This document shows positions 21,946 through 36,226 of a stretch of 64,000 bases of DNA, piece by piece. Numbering within the stretch: the first letter of the stretch is position 1; each line of letters opens with the position of its first letter. Origin of the DNA: Eledone cirrhosa (lineage: Eukaryota). The position numbers and the translations under genes are program-made. The notes under the pieces are model-generated. The model was given only the letters and a program-made list of their open reading frames with translations, did no database searches and was not told the DNA's origin. Location of the stretch: the NCBI GenBank assembly GCA_964016885.1, contig OZ024743.1, positions 254,696,001 through 254,760,000 of the forward strand, written 5' to 3'.

Positions 21946-24900
21946 GGTCATAGTTGATGTAGGTGTGGTGGTAACATTGTTGATGTAGGGGGGGGGTAAC
22001 ATTGTTGATGTAGGGGTGGTGGTAACATTGTTGATGTAGGGGGGGGGGGGGTAACATTGTTGATGTAGGGGTGGTGATAACATTGTTGATGTAGGGGGTA
22101 ACATTGTTGATGTAGGGGTGGTGGTAACATTGTTGATGTAGGGGGGGGGGGGGTAACATTGTTGATGTAGGGGTGGTGGTAACATTGTTGAGGTAGGGTG
22201 GTGATAATATTGTTGATTTGGGGTGGTGATAACATTGTTGATGTAGGGGTGGTGATAACATTGTTGATATAGGGATGGTGGTAACATTGCTGATGTAGGG
22301 GTGGTGATAACATTGTTGATGTAGGAGTGGTGATAACATTGCTGATGTAGGGGTGGTGATAACATTGTTGATGTAGGAGTGGTGATAACATTGCTGATGT
22401 AGGGGTGGTGATAACATTGTTGATGTAGGGGTGGTGATAACATTGTTGATGTAGGGGTGGTGATAACATTGTTGATGCAGGGGTGGTGGTAACATTGTTG
22501 ATGTAGGGGTGGTGGTAACATTGCTGATGTAGGGATGGTGATAACATTGTTGATGTAGGAGTGGTGATAACATTGTTGATGTAGGGGGGGGGTAACATTG
22601 TTGATGTATGGGTGGTGGTAACATTGTTGATGTAGGGGTGGTGGTAACTTTGTTGATGTAGGTGGGGTAACATTGTTGATATAGGGATGGTGGTAACATT
22701 GTTGATGTAGGGGTGGTGGTAATATTGTTGATGTAGGGGGGTAAGGTTGTTGATGTAGGGGTGGTGATAACATTGTTGATGTAGGGGGGGGGGGGTAACA
22801 TTGTTGATATAGGGAAGGGTGGTGGTAACATTGTTGATGCAGGGATGGTGGTAACATTGTTGATGTAAGGAAGGTGATAACGTTGTTGATGTAGGGGTGG
22901 TGGTAACATTGTTGATATAGGGATGGTGATAACATTGTTGATGTAGGGATGGTGATAATATTGTTGATGTAGGGGTGGTGATAACATGTTGATGTCGGGA
23001 TGGTGATAACATCGTTTATGTAGGGGGGGTAATATTGTTGATGTTGGAGTGGTGATAACGTTGTTGATGTAGGGGTGGTGGTAACATTGTTGATGTAGGG
23101 ATGGTGATAACATTGTTGATGTAGGGGTGGTGATAACATTGTTGATGTAGGGATGGTGATATCATTGTTGATGTAGGGGTGGAGGTAACATTGTTGATGT
23201 AGGAATGTTGATAACATTGTTGATGTAGGGCTGGTGATAACATTGTTGATGTAGGAGGGTAACATTGTTGATGGAGCGGTGCTGATACCATTGTTGATGT
23301 AAGGGGATAATATTGATGATGTAGGGATGGTGATGACATTGTTGATGTAGGGGTGGTGGTAACATTGTTGATGTAGGGATGGTGATAAGATTGTTTATGT
23401 ATGGGTGGTGATAATAATGTTGATGTAGGGGTGGTGGTAACATTGTTTATGTAGGGGGGTAACATTGTTGATGTAGAGAGGGGTGGTGATAACATTGTTG
23501 ATGTAGGGGTGGTGATAACATTGTTGATGTAGGGGTGGTGGTAACATTGTTGATGTATGGGTGGTGATAACATTGTTGATGTAGAGGTGGTGGTAACATA
23601 GTTGATGTAGGGTGGTGATAACATTGTTGATGAAGGGGGGGGGGGGTAACATTGTTGATGTATGGAGGGGTGGTGATAACATTGTTGATGTAGGAGTGGT
23701 GGTAACATTGCTGATGTAGGGATGGTGATGCATTGTTGATGTAGGTGTGGTGGTAACAATGTTGATGTAGGGGTGGTGATAACATTGTTGATGTAGGTGT
23801 GGTTATAGCATTGTTGATGCAGGGGTGGTGATAACATTGTTGATGTAGGAGTGGTGTTAACATTGTTGATGTAGGGGTGGTGATAACATTGTTGATGTAG
23901 GGGTGGTGATAACATTGTTGATGTAGGGGTGGTGATAACATTGTTGATGTAGGGAGGGGTGGTGATAACATTGCTGATGTAGTGGTGGTGGTAACATTGT
24001 TGATGTAGGGATGGTGATAGCATTGTTGATGTAGGGAGGGGTGGTGATAACATTGTTGATGTAGTGGTGGTGGTAACATTGTTGATGTAGGGATGGTGAT
24101 AACATTGTTGATGTAGGGGTGGTGGTAACATAGTTGTTGTAGGGATGGTGATAACATTGTTGATGTAGGATTGGTGATAACATTGTTGATGTAGGGATGG
24201 TGATACATTGTTGATGTAGGGTGGTGGTAACATTGTTGATGTAGGGGTGGTGATAACATTGTTGATGTAGGAGTGGTGGTAACATAGTTGATGTAGGGAG
24301 GGCTGGTGATAACATTGTTGATGTAGGAGTGGTGATAACATTGTTGATGTAGGGGGGGGGGTAACGTTGTTGATGTAGGGGTGGTGGTAACATTGTTGAT
24401 GTAGGGATGGTGATAACATTGTTGATGTAGGGTGGTGGTAACAATGTTGATATAGGGATGGTGATAACATTGTTGATGTAGGGATGGTGGTAACATTGTT
24501 GATGTAGGGATGGTGGTAACATTGTTGATGTAGTTGTGGTGATAACATTGTTGATGTAGGGAGGGGTGGTGATAATATTGTTGATGTAGGGGTGGTGATA
24601 ACATTGTTGATGTAGGGGTGGTGGTAACATTGCTGATGTAGGGATGGTGATAACATTGTTGATGTAGGGGTGGTGATAACATTGTTGATGTAGGGGGTGG
24701 TAACATTGTTGATGTATGGGTGGTGATAACATTGTTGATGTAGGGGTGGTGGTAACTTTGTTGATGTAGGGGGGGGGGTAACCTTGTTGATGTAGGGATG
24801 GTGGCAATATTGTTGATGTAGGGGGGGGTAAGGTTGTTGATGTAGGGGTGGTGATAACATTGTTGATGTAGGGGGGGTGCAACATTGTTGATATAGGGAA

Positions 24901-27569
24901 GGGTGGTGGTAACATTGTTGATGCAGGGATAGTGATAACATTGTTGATGTAAGGGTGGTGATAACGTTGTTGATGTAGGGGTGGGGGTAACATTGTTGAT
25001 ATAGGGATGGTGATAACATTGTTGATGTAGGGATGGTGATAACATGTTGATGTCGGGATGGTGATAACATCGTTTATGTAGGGGGGTAATATTGTTGATG
25101 TAGGAGTGGTGGTAACATTGTTGATGTAGAGATGGTGATACATTGTTGATGTAGGGGTGGTGGTAACATTGTTGATGTAGGGATGGTGATAACATTGTTG
25201 ATGTAGGGGTGGTGATAACATTGTTGATGTAGGGGTGGTGATAAAATTGTTGATGTGAGAGTGGTGGTAACATTGTTGATGTAGGGATGGTGATAACATT
25301 GTTGATGTAGGGATGGTGATAACATTGTTGATGTAGGGGTGGAGGTAACATTGTTGATGTAGGAATGTTGATAACATTGTTGATGTAGGGATGGTGATAA
25401 CATTGTTGATGTAGGAGGGTAACATTGTTGATGTAGCGGTGCTGATACCATTGTTGATGTAAGGGGATAATATTGATTATGTAGGGATGGTGATAACATT
25501 GTTGATGTAGGGGTGGTGGTAACATTGTTGATGTAGGGATGGTGATAAGATTGTTTATGTATGGGTGGTGATAATAATGTTGATGTAGGGGTGGTGGTAA
25601 CATTGTTGATGTAGGGGTGGTGGTAACATTGTTGATGTATGGGTGGTGATAACATTGTTGATGTAGAGGTGGTGGTAACATAGTTGATGTAGCGTGGTGA
25701 TAACATTGTTGATGAAGGGGGAGGTAACATTGTTGATGTATGGAGGGGTGGTGATAACATTGTTGATGTAGGATGGTGGTAACATTGCTGATGTAGGGAT
25801 GGTGATGCATTGTTGATGTAGGTGTGGTGGTAACATTGTTGATGTAGGGGTGGTGATAACATTGTTGATGTAGGGGTGGTGATAACATTGTAGATGTAGG
25901 GGTGGTGATAACATTGTTGATGTAGGGCTGGTGATAACATTGTTGATGTAGGGGTGGTGATAACATTGTTGATGTAGGGGTGGTGATAACATTGTTGATG
26001 TAGTGGTGGTGGTAACATTGTTGATGTAGGGATGGTGATAACATTGTTGATGTAGGGGTGGTGGTAACATAGTTGTTGTAGGGATGGTGATAACATTGTT
26101 GATGTAGGATTGGTGATAACATTGTTGATGTAGGGATGGTGATACATTGTTGATGAAGGGTGGTGGTAACATTGTTGATGTAGGGGTGGTGATAACATTG
26201 TTGATGTAGGAGTGGTGGTAACATAGTTGATGTAGGGAGGGCTGGTGACAACATTGTTGATGTAGGGGTGGTGATAACATTGTTGTTGTAGGGGGGGTAA
26301 CATTGTTGATGTAGGGATGGTGATAACGTTGTTGATGTAGGGGTGGTCATAACATTGTTGATGTAGGGGTGGTGGTAACATTGTTGATGTAAGGATGGTG
26401 ATAACATTGTTGATGTAGGGGTGGTGATAATATTGTTGATGTAGGGATTGTGATAACATTGTTGATGTAGGGGTGGTGGTAACATTGTTGATGTAGGAAT
26501 GTTGATAACATTGTTGATGTAGGGATGGTGATAACATTGTTGATGTAGGGGGGTAACATTGTTGATGTAGCTGTGCTGATACCATTGTTGATGTAAGGGG
26601 GTAACATTGTTGATGTAGGGAGGGGTGGTAACATTGTTGATGTAGGGGTGGTGGTAACATTGTTGATGTAGGGAGGGATTATGATAAAATTGTTGATGTA
26701 GGGATGGTGGTAACATTGTTGATGTAGGGATGGTGGTAACATTGTTGATGTAGGGGTGGTGGTAACATTGTTGATATAGGGATGGTGATAACATTGTTGA
26801 TGTAGGGATGGTGGTAACATTGTTGATGTAGGGATGGTTGTAACATTGTTGATGTAGGGGTGGTGATAACATTGTTGATGTAGGAGTGGTGATAACATTG
26901 TTGATGTAGGGGTGGTGGTAACTTTGTTGATGTAGGGGGGGGGTAACATTGTTGATGTAGGGATGGTGGTGACATTGTTGATGTAGGGGTGGTGGTAATA
27001 TTGTTGATGTAGTGGGGGGTAAGGTTGTTGATGTAGGGGTGGTGATAACATTGTTGATGTAGGGGGGCGTAACATTGTTGATATAGGGAAGGGTGGTGGT
27101 AATATTGTTGATGTAGGGGTGGTGGTAACATTGTTGATATAGGGATGGTGATAACATTGTTGATGTAGGGATGGTGATAATATTGTTGATGTAGGGGTGG
27201 TGATAACATGTTGATGTCGGGATGGTGATAACATCGTTTATGTAGGGGGGGTAACATTGTTGATGTAGGAGTGGTGGTAACATTGTTGATGTAGAGATGG
27301 TGATACATTGTTGATGTAGGGGTGGTGGTAATATTGTTGATGTAGGGATGGTGATAACATTGTGGATGTAGGGGTGGTGATAACATTGTTGATGTAGGGG
27401 TGGTGATAACATTGTTGATGTAGGGGTGGTGGTAACATTGTTGATGTAGGAATGGTGATAACATTATTGATGTAGGGATGGTGATAACATTGTTGATGTA
27501 GGGGTAGTGGTAACATTGTTGATGTAGGGATGGTGATAAGATTGTTTATGTATGGGTGGTGATAATAAT

Positions 27570-27752
27570 TGTTTCTACTTTTGGCACAAGGCCATCAATT
27601 AATCAGTGCATTACTGGTACTTTATTTTATCGACCCCGTAAGGATGAAAGGCAAAGTGAACCTCGGCAGGATTTGAACTGAGACCGTAAAGGGACGTAAC
27701 TATGCTGGAAAGCATAGCGTCCGACTCTCTACCGATACTGCCAATCCACCAT
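27570..27752 (-). mobile_element. Nin-domain-like SINE in the array (copy 1), 17-bp TSD
   Basis: tgggtggtgataataat at 27553-27569 and 27753-27769. Confidence 0.92.
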
Positions 27753-30700
27753 TGGGTGGTGATAATAATGTTGATGTAGGGGTGGTGGTAACATTGTTTA
27801 TGTAGGGGGTAACATTGTTGATGTAGATAGGAGTGGTGATAACATTGTTGATGTAGGCATGGTGGTAACATTGTTGATGTATGGGTGTGGATAACATTGT
27901 TGATGTAGAGGTGGTGGTAACATAGTTGATGAAGGGGGGGATAACATTGTTGATGTATGGAGGGGTGGTGATAACATTGTTGATGTAGGAGTGGTGGTAA
28001 CATTGCTGATGTAAGGATGGTGATGCATTGTTGATGTAGGTGTGGTGGTAACATTGTTGATGTAGAGGTGGTGATAACATTGTTGATGTAGGGGTGGTTA
28101 TAGCATTGTTGATGCAGGGGTGGTGATAACATTGTTGATGTAGGGGTGGTGTTAACATTGTTGATGTAGGGGTGGTGATAACATTGTTGATGTAGGGGTG
28201 GTGATAACATTGTTGATGTAGGGGTGGTGATAACATTGTTGATGTAGGGGTGGTGATAACATTGTTGATGTAGGGGTGGTGGTAACATTGTTGATGTAGG
28301 GATGGTGATAACATTGTTGATGTAGGGGTGGTGGTAACATAGTTGTTGTAGGGATGGTGATAACATTGTTGATGTAGGGGTGGTGATAACATTGTTGATG
28401 TAAGGATTGTGATAACATTGTTGATGTAGGGGTGGTGGTAACATTGTTGATGTAGGAATGTTGATAACATTGCTGATGTAGTGGTGGTGGTAACATTGTT
28501 GATGTAGGGATGGTGATAGCATTGTTGATGTAGGGAGGGGTGGTGATAACATTGTTGATGTAGTGGTGGTGGTAACATTGTTGATGTAGGGATGGTGATA
28601 ACATTGTTTATGTAGGGGTGGTGGTAACATAGTTGTTGTAGGGATGGTGATAACATTGTTGATGTAGGATTGGTGATAACATTGTTGATGTAGGGATGGT
28701 GATACATTGTTGATGTAGGGTGGTGATAACATTGTTGATGTAGGGATGGTGGCAATATTGTTGATGTAGGGGGGGTAAGGTTGTTGATGTAGGGGTGGTG
28801 ATAACATTGTTGATGTAGGGGGTGGTAACATTGTTGATGTATGGGTGGTGATAACATTGTTGATGTAGGGGTGGTGGTAACTTTGTTGATGTAGGGGGGG
28901 GGGGGTAACCTTGTTGATGTAGGGATGGTGGCAATATTGTTGATGTAGGGGGGGGTAAGGTTGTTGATGTAGGGGTGGTGATAACATTGTTGATGTAGGG
29001 GGGGGTGCAACATTGTTGATATAGGGAAGGGTGGTGGTAACATTGTTGATGCAGGGATGGTGATAACATTGTTGATGTAAGGGTGGTGATAACGTTGTTG
29101 ATGTAGGGGTGGGGGTAACATTGTTGATATAGGGATGGTGATAACATTGTTGATGTAGGGATGGTGATAACATGTTGATGTCGGGATGGTGATAACATCG
29201 TTTATGTAGGGGGGTAATATTGTTGATGTAGGAGTGGTGGTAACATTGTTGATGTAGAGATGGTGATACATTGTTGATGTAGGGGTGGTGGTAACATTGT
29301 TGATGTAGGGATGGTGATAACATTGTTGATGTAGGGGTGGTGATAACATTGTTGATGTAGGGATGGTGATAAAATTGTTGATGTGAGAGTGGTGGTAACA
29401 TTGTTGATGTAGGGATGGTGATAACATTGTTGATGTAGGGATGGTGATAACATTGTTGATGTAGGGGTGGAGGTAACATTGTTGATGTAGGAATGTTGAT
29501 AACATTGTTGATGTAGGGATGGTGATAACATTGTTGATGTAGGAGGGTAACATTGTTGATGTAGCGGTGCTGATACCATTGTTGATGTAAGGGGATAATA
29601 TTGATTATGTAGGGATGGTGATAACATTGTTGATGTAGGGGTGGTGGTAACATTGTTGATGTAGGGATGGTGATAAGATTGTTTATGTATGGGTGGTGAT
29701 AATAATGTTGATGTAGGGGTGGTGGTAACATTGTTGATGTAGGGGTGGTGGTAACATTGTTGATGTATGGGTGGTGATAACATTGTTGATGTAGAGGTAG
29801 TGGTAACATAGTTGATGTAGCGTGGTGATAACATTGTTGATGAAGGGGGAGGTAACATTGTTGATGTATGGAGGGGTGGTGATAACATTGTTGATGTAGG
29901 ATGGTGGTAACATTGCTGATGTAGGGATGGTGATGCATTGTTGATGTAGGTGTGGTGGTAACATTGTTGATGTAGGGGTGGTGATAACATTGTTGATGTA
30001 GGGGTGGTGATAACATTGTAGATGTAGGGGTGGTGATAACATTGTTGATGTAGGGCTGGTGATAACATTGTTGATGTAGGGGTGGTGATAACATTGTTGA
30101 TGTAGGGGTGGTGATAACATTGTTGATGTAGTGGTGGTGGTAACATTGTTGATGTAGGGATGGTGATAACATTGTTGATGTAGGGGTGGTGGTAACATAG
30201 TTGTTGTAGGGATGGTGATAACATTGTTGATGTAGGATTGGTGATAACATTGTTGATGTAGGGATGGTGATACATTGTTGATGAAGGGTGGTGGTAACAT
30301 TGTTGATGTAGGGGTGGTGATAACATTGTTGATGTAGGAGTGGTGGTAACATAGTTGATGTAGGGAGGGCTGGTGACAACATTGTTGATGTAGGGGTGGT
30401 GATAACATCGTTGTTGTAGGGGGGGGTTAACATTGTTGATGTAGGTGTGGTGGTAACATTGTTGATGTAGGGATGGTGATAACGTTGTTGATGTAGGGGT
30501 GGTCATAACATTGTTGATGTAGGGGTGGTGGTAACATTGTTGATGTAAGGATGGTGATAACATTGTTGATGTAGGGGTGGTGATAATATTGTTGATGTAG
30601 GGCTGGTGATAACATTGTTGATGTAGGGATGGTGATAACATTGTTGATGCAGGGGTGGTGATAACATTGTTGATGTAGGGGTGGTGATAACATTGTTGAT

Positions 30701-32034
30701 GTAGGCGTGGTGGTAACATTGTTGAAGTAGGGATGGTGATAACATTGTTGATGTAGGGATTGTGATAACATTGTTGATGTAGGGGTGGTGGTAACATTGT
30801 TGATGTAGGAATGTTGATAACATTGTTGATGTAGGGATGGTGATAACATTGTTGATGTAGGGGGGTAACATTGTTGATGTAGCTGTGCTGATACCATTGT
30901 TGATGTAAGGGGGTAACATTGTTGATGTAGGGAGGGGTGGTAACATTGTTGATGTAGGGGTGGTGGTAACATTGTTGATGTAGGGAGGGATTATGATAAA
31001 ATTGTTGATGTAGGGATGGTGGTAACATTGTTGATGTAGGGATGGTGGTAACACTGTTGATGTAGGGGTGGTGATAACATTGTTGATGTAGGGATGGTGG
31101 TAACATTGTTGATGTAGGGATGGTGATAACATTGTTGATGTAGGGATGGTGATAACATTGTTGATGTAGGAGTGGTGATAACATTGTTGATGTAGGGGTG
31201 GTGGTAACATTGTTGATATAGGGATGGTGATAACATTGTTGATGTAGGGATGGTGGTAACATTGTTGATGTAGGGATGGTTGTAACATTGTTGATGTAGG
31301 GGTGGTGATAACATTGTTGATGTAGGGATGGTGATAACATTGTTGATGTAGGAGTGGTGATAACATTGTTGATGTAGGGGTGGTGGTAACTTTGTTGATG
31401 TAGGGGGGGTAACATTGTTGATGTAGGGATGGTGGTGACATTGTTGATGTAGGGTTGGTGGTAATATTGTTGATGTAGTGGGGGGTAAGGTTGTTGATGT
31501 AGGGGTGGTGATAACATTGTTGATGTAGGGGGGCGTAACATTGTTGATATAGGGAAGGGTGGTGGTAATATTGTTGATGTAGGGGTGGTGGTAACATTGT
31601 TGATATAGGGATGGTGATAACATTGTTGATGTAGGGATGGTGATAATATTGTTGATGTAGGGGTGGTGATAACATGTTGATGTCGGGATGGTGATAACAT
31701 CGTTTATGTAGGGGGGTAACATTGTTGATGTAGGAGTGGTGGTAACATTGTTGATGTAGAGATGGTGATACATTGTTGATGTAGGGGTGGTGGTAATATT
31801 GTTGATGTAGGGATGGTGATAACATTGTGGATGTAGGGGTGGTGATAACATTGTTGATGTAGGGGTGGTGATAACATTGTTGATGTAGGGGTGGTGGTAA
31901 CATTGTTGATGTAGGAATGGTGATAACATTATTGATGTAGGGATGGTGATAACATTGTTGATGTAGGGGTAGTGGTAACATTGTTGATGTAGGGATGGTG
32001 ATAAGATTGTTTATGTATGGGTGGTGATAATAAT

Positions 32035-32217
32035 TGTTTCTACTTTTGGCACAAGGCCATCAATTAATCAGTGCATTACTGGTACTTTATTTTATCGACC
32101 CCGTAAGGATGAAAGGCAAAGTGAACCTCGGCAGGATTTGAACTGAGACCATAAAGGGACGTAACTATGCTGGAAAGCATAGCGTCCGACTCTCTACCGA
32201 TACTGCCAATCCACCAT
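32035..32217 (-). mobile_element. Same SINE insertion, copy 2
   Basis: Same length and flanks as copy 1; one substitution seen. Confidence 0.92.
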
Positions 32218-35200
32218 TGGGTGGTGATAATAATGTTGATGTAGGGGTGGTGGTAACATTGTTTATGTAGGGGGTAACATTGTTGATGTAGATAGGAGTG
32301 GTGATAACATTGTTGATGTAGGCATGGTGGTAACATTGTTGATGTATGGGTGTGGATAACATTGTTGATGTAGAGGTGGTGGTAACATAGTTGATGAAGG
32401 GGGGGATAACATTGTTGATGTATGGAGGGGTGGTGATAACATTGTTGATGTAGGAGTGGTGGTAACATTGCTGATGTAAGGATGGTGATGCATTGTTGAT
32501 GTAGGTTTGGTGGTAACATTGTTGATGTAGAGGTGGTGATAACATTGTTGATGTAGGGGTGGTTATAGCATTGTAGATGCAGGGGTGGTGATAACATTGT
32601 TGATGTAGGGGTGGTGTTAACATTGTTGATGTAGGGGTGGTGATAACATTGTTGATGTAGGGGTGGTGATAACATTGTTGATGTAGGGGTGGTGATAACA
32701 TTGTTGATGTAGGGGTGGTGATAACATTGTTGATGTAGGGGTGGTGGTAACCTTGTTGATGTAGGGATGGTGATAACATTGTTGATGTAGGGGTGGTGGT
32801 AACATAGTTGTTGTAGGGATGGTGATAACATTGTTGATGTAGGGGTGGTGATAACATTGTTGATGTAAGGATTGTGATAACATTGTTGATGTAGGGGTGG
32901 TGGTAACATTGTTGATGTAGGAATGTTGATAACATTGCTGATGTAGTGGTGGTGGTAACATTGTTGATGTAGGGATGGTGATAGCATTGTTGATGTAGGG
33001 AGGGGTGGTGATAACATTGTTGATGTAGTGGTGGTGGTAACATTGTTGATGTAGGGATGGTGATAACATTGTTTATGTAGGGGTGGTGGTAACATAGTTG
33101 TTGTAGGGATGGTGATAACATTGTTGATGTAGGATTGGTGATAACATTGTTGATGTAGGGATGGTGATACATTGTTGATGTAGGGGTGGTGATAACATTG
33201 TTGATGTAGGGTGGGGGGGTAACGTTGTTGATGTAGGGGTGGTGGTAACATTGTTGATGTAGGGATGGTGATAACATTGTTGATGTAGTGTGGTGGTAAT
33301 AACGTTGATATAGGGATGGTGATAACATTGTTGATGTAGGGATGGTGGTAGCATTGTTGATGTAGGGATGGTGGTAACATTGTTGATGTAGTTGTGGTGA
33401 TAACATTGTTGATGTAGGGAGGGGTGGTGATAATATTGTTGATGTAGGGGTGGTGATAACATTGTTGATGTAGGGGTGGTGGTAACATTGATGAAGTAGG
33501 GATGGTGATAACATTGTTGATGTAGGGGTGGTGATAACATTGTTGATGTAGGGGGTGGTAACATTGTTGATGTAGGGGGGGGTAACATTGTTGAAGTAGG
33601 GATGGTGGTAATATTGTTGATGTAGGGGGGGGTTAGGTTGTTGATGTAGGGGTGGTGATAACATTGCTGATGTAGGGGTGGTGATAAAATTGTTGATGTG
33701 AGAGTGGTGGTAACATTGTTGATGTAGGGATGGTGATAACATTGTTGATGTAGGGATGGTGATAACATTGTTGATGTAGGGGTGGAGGTAACATTGTTGA
33801 TGTAGGAATGTTGATAACATTGTTGATGTAGGGATGGTGATAACATTGTTGATGTAGGAGGGTAACATTGTTGATGTAGCGGTGCTGATACCATTGTTGA
33901 TGTAAGGGGATAATATTGATGATGTAGGGATGGTGATAACATTGTTGATGTAGGGGTGGTGGTAACATTGTTGATGTAGGGATGGTGATAAGATTGTTTA
34001 TGTATGGGTGGTGATAATAATGTTGATGTAGGTGTGGTGGTAACATTGTTGATGTAGAGGTGGTGGTAACATAGTTGATGTAGCGTGGTGATAACATTGT
34101 TGATGTATGGAGGGGTGGTGATAACATTGTTGATGTAGGAGTGGTGGTAACATTGCTGATGTAGGGATGGTGATGCATTGTTGATGTAGGGGTGGTGATA
34201 ACATTGTTGATGTAGCGGTGGTGATAACATTGTTGATGTAGGGAGGGCTGGTGATAACATTGTTGATGTAGTGGTGGTGGTAACATTGTTGATGTAGGGA
34301 TGGTGATAACATTGTTGATGTAGGGGTGGTGGTAACATAGTTGTTGTAGGGATGGTGATAACATTGTTGATGTAGGATTGGTGATAACATTGTTGATGTA
34401 GGGATGGTGATACATTGTTGATGTAGGGTGGTGGTAACATTGTTGATGTAGGGGTGGTGATAACATTGTTGATGTAGGAGTGGTGGTAACATAGTTGATG
34501 TAGGGAGGGCTGGTGATAACATTGTTGATGTAGGGGTGGTGATAACATTGTTGTTGTAGGGGGGGGGTAACATTGTTGATGTAGGGGTGGTGGTAACATT
34601 GTTGATGTAGGGATGGTGATAACGTTGTTGATGTAGGGGTGGTTATAACATTGTTGATGTAGGGGTGGTTTTAACATTGTTGATGTAAGGATGGTGATAA
34701 CATTGTTGATGTAGGGGTGGTGATAATATTGTTGATGTAGGGCTGGTGATAACATTGTTGATGTAGGGATGGTGATAACATTGTTGATGCAGGGGTGGTG
34801 ATAACATTGTTGATGTAGGGGTGGTGATAACATTGTTGATGTAGGCGTGGTCGTAACATTGTTGAAGTAGGGATGGTGATAACATTGTTGATGTAGGGAT
34901 TGTGATAACATTGTTGATGTAGGGGTGGTGGTAACATTGTTGATGTAGTAATGTTGATAACATTGTTGATGTAGGGATGGTGATAACATTGTTGATGTAG
35001 GGGGTAACATTGTTGATGTAGCTGTGCTGATACCATTGTTGATGTAAGGGGGTAATATTGTTGATGTAGGGAGGGGTGGTAACATTGTTGATGTAGGGGT
35101 GGTGGTAACATTGTTGATGTAGGGAGGGATTATGATAAATTGTTGATGTAGGGATGGTGGTAACATTGTTGATGTAGGGATGGTGATAACATTGTTGATG

Positions 35201-36043
35201 TAGGGGTGGTGGTAACATTGTTGATATAGGGATGGTGATAACATTGTTGATGTAGGGATGGTGGTAACATTGTTGATGTAGGGATGGTTGTAACATTGTC
35301 GATGTAGGGGTGGTGATAACATTGTTGATGTAGGGATGGTGATAACATTGTTGATGTAGGAGTGGTGATAACATTGTTGATGTAGGGGTGGTGGTAACTT
35401 TGTTGATGTAGGGAGGGTAACATTGTTGATGTAGGGATGGTGGTGACATTGTTTATGTAGGGGTGGTGGTAATATTGTTGATGTAGTGGGGGGTAAGGTT
35501 GTTGATGTAGGGGTGGTGATAACATTGTTGATGTAGGGGGGCGTAACATTGTTGATATAGGGAAGGGTGGTGGTAACATTGTTGATGTAGGGGTGGTGGT
35601 AACATTGTTGATATAGGGATGGTGATAACATTGTTGATGTAGGGATGCTGATAATATTGTTGATGTAGGGGTGGTGATAACATGTTGATGTCGGGATGGT
35701 AATAACATCGTTTATGTAGGGGGGGTAACATTGTTGATGTAGGAGTGGTGGTAACATTGTTGATGTAGAGATGGTGATACATTGTTGATGTAGGGGTGGT
35801 GGTAATATTGTTGATGTAGGGATGGTGATAACATTGTGGATGTAGGGGTGGTGATAACATTGTTGATGTAGGGGTGGTGATAACATTGTTGATGTAGGGG
35901 TGGTGGTAACATTGTTGATGTAGGAATGGTGATAACATTATTGATGTAGGGATGGTGATAACATTGTTGATGTAGGGGTAGTGGTAACATTGTTGATGTA
36001 GGGATGGTGATAATATTGTTTATGTATGGGTGGTGATAATAAT

Positions 36044-36226
36044 TGTTTCTACTTTTGGCACAAGGCCATCAATTAATCAGTGCATTACTGGTACTTTATT
36101 TTATCGACCCCGTAAGGATGAAAGGCAAAGTGAACCTCGGCAGGATTTGAACTCAGACCGTAAAGGGACGTAACTATGCTGGAAAGCATAGCGTCCGACT
36201 CTCTACCGATACTGCCAATCCACAAT
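36044..36226 (-). mobile_element. Same SINE insertion, copy 3
   Basis: Same length and flanks; two substitutions versus copy 1 plus one in the right TSD. Confidence 0.92.
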
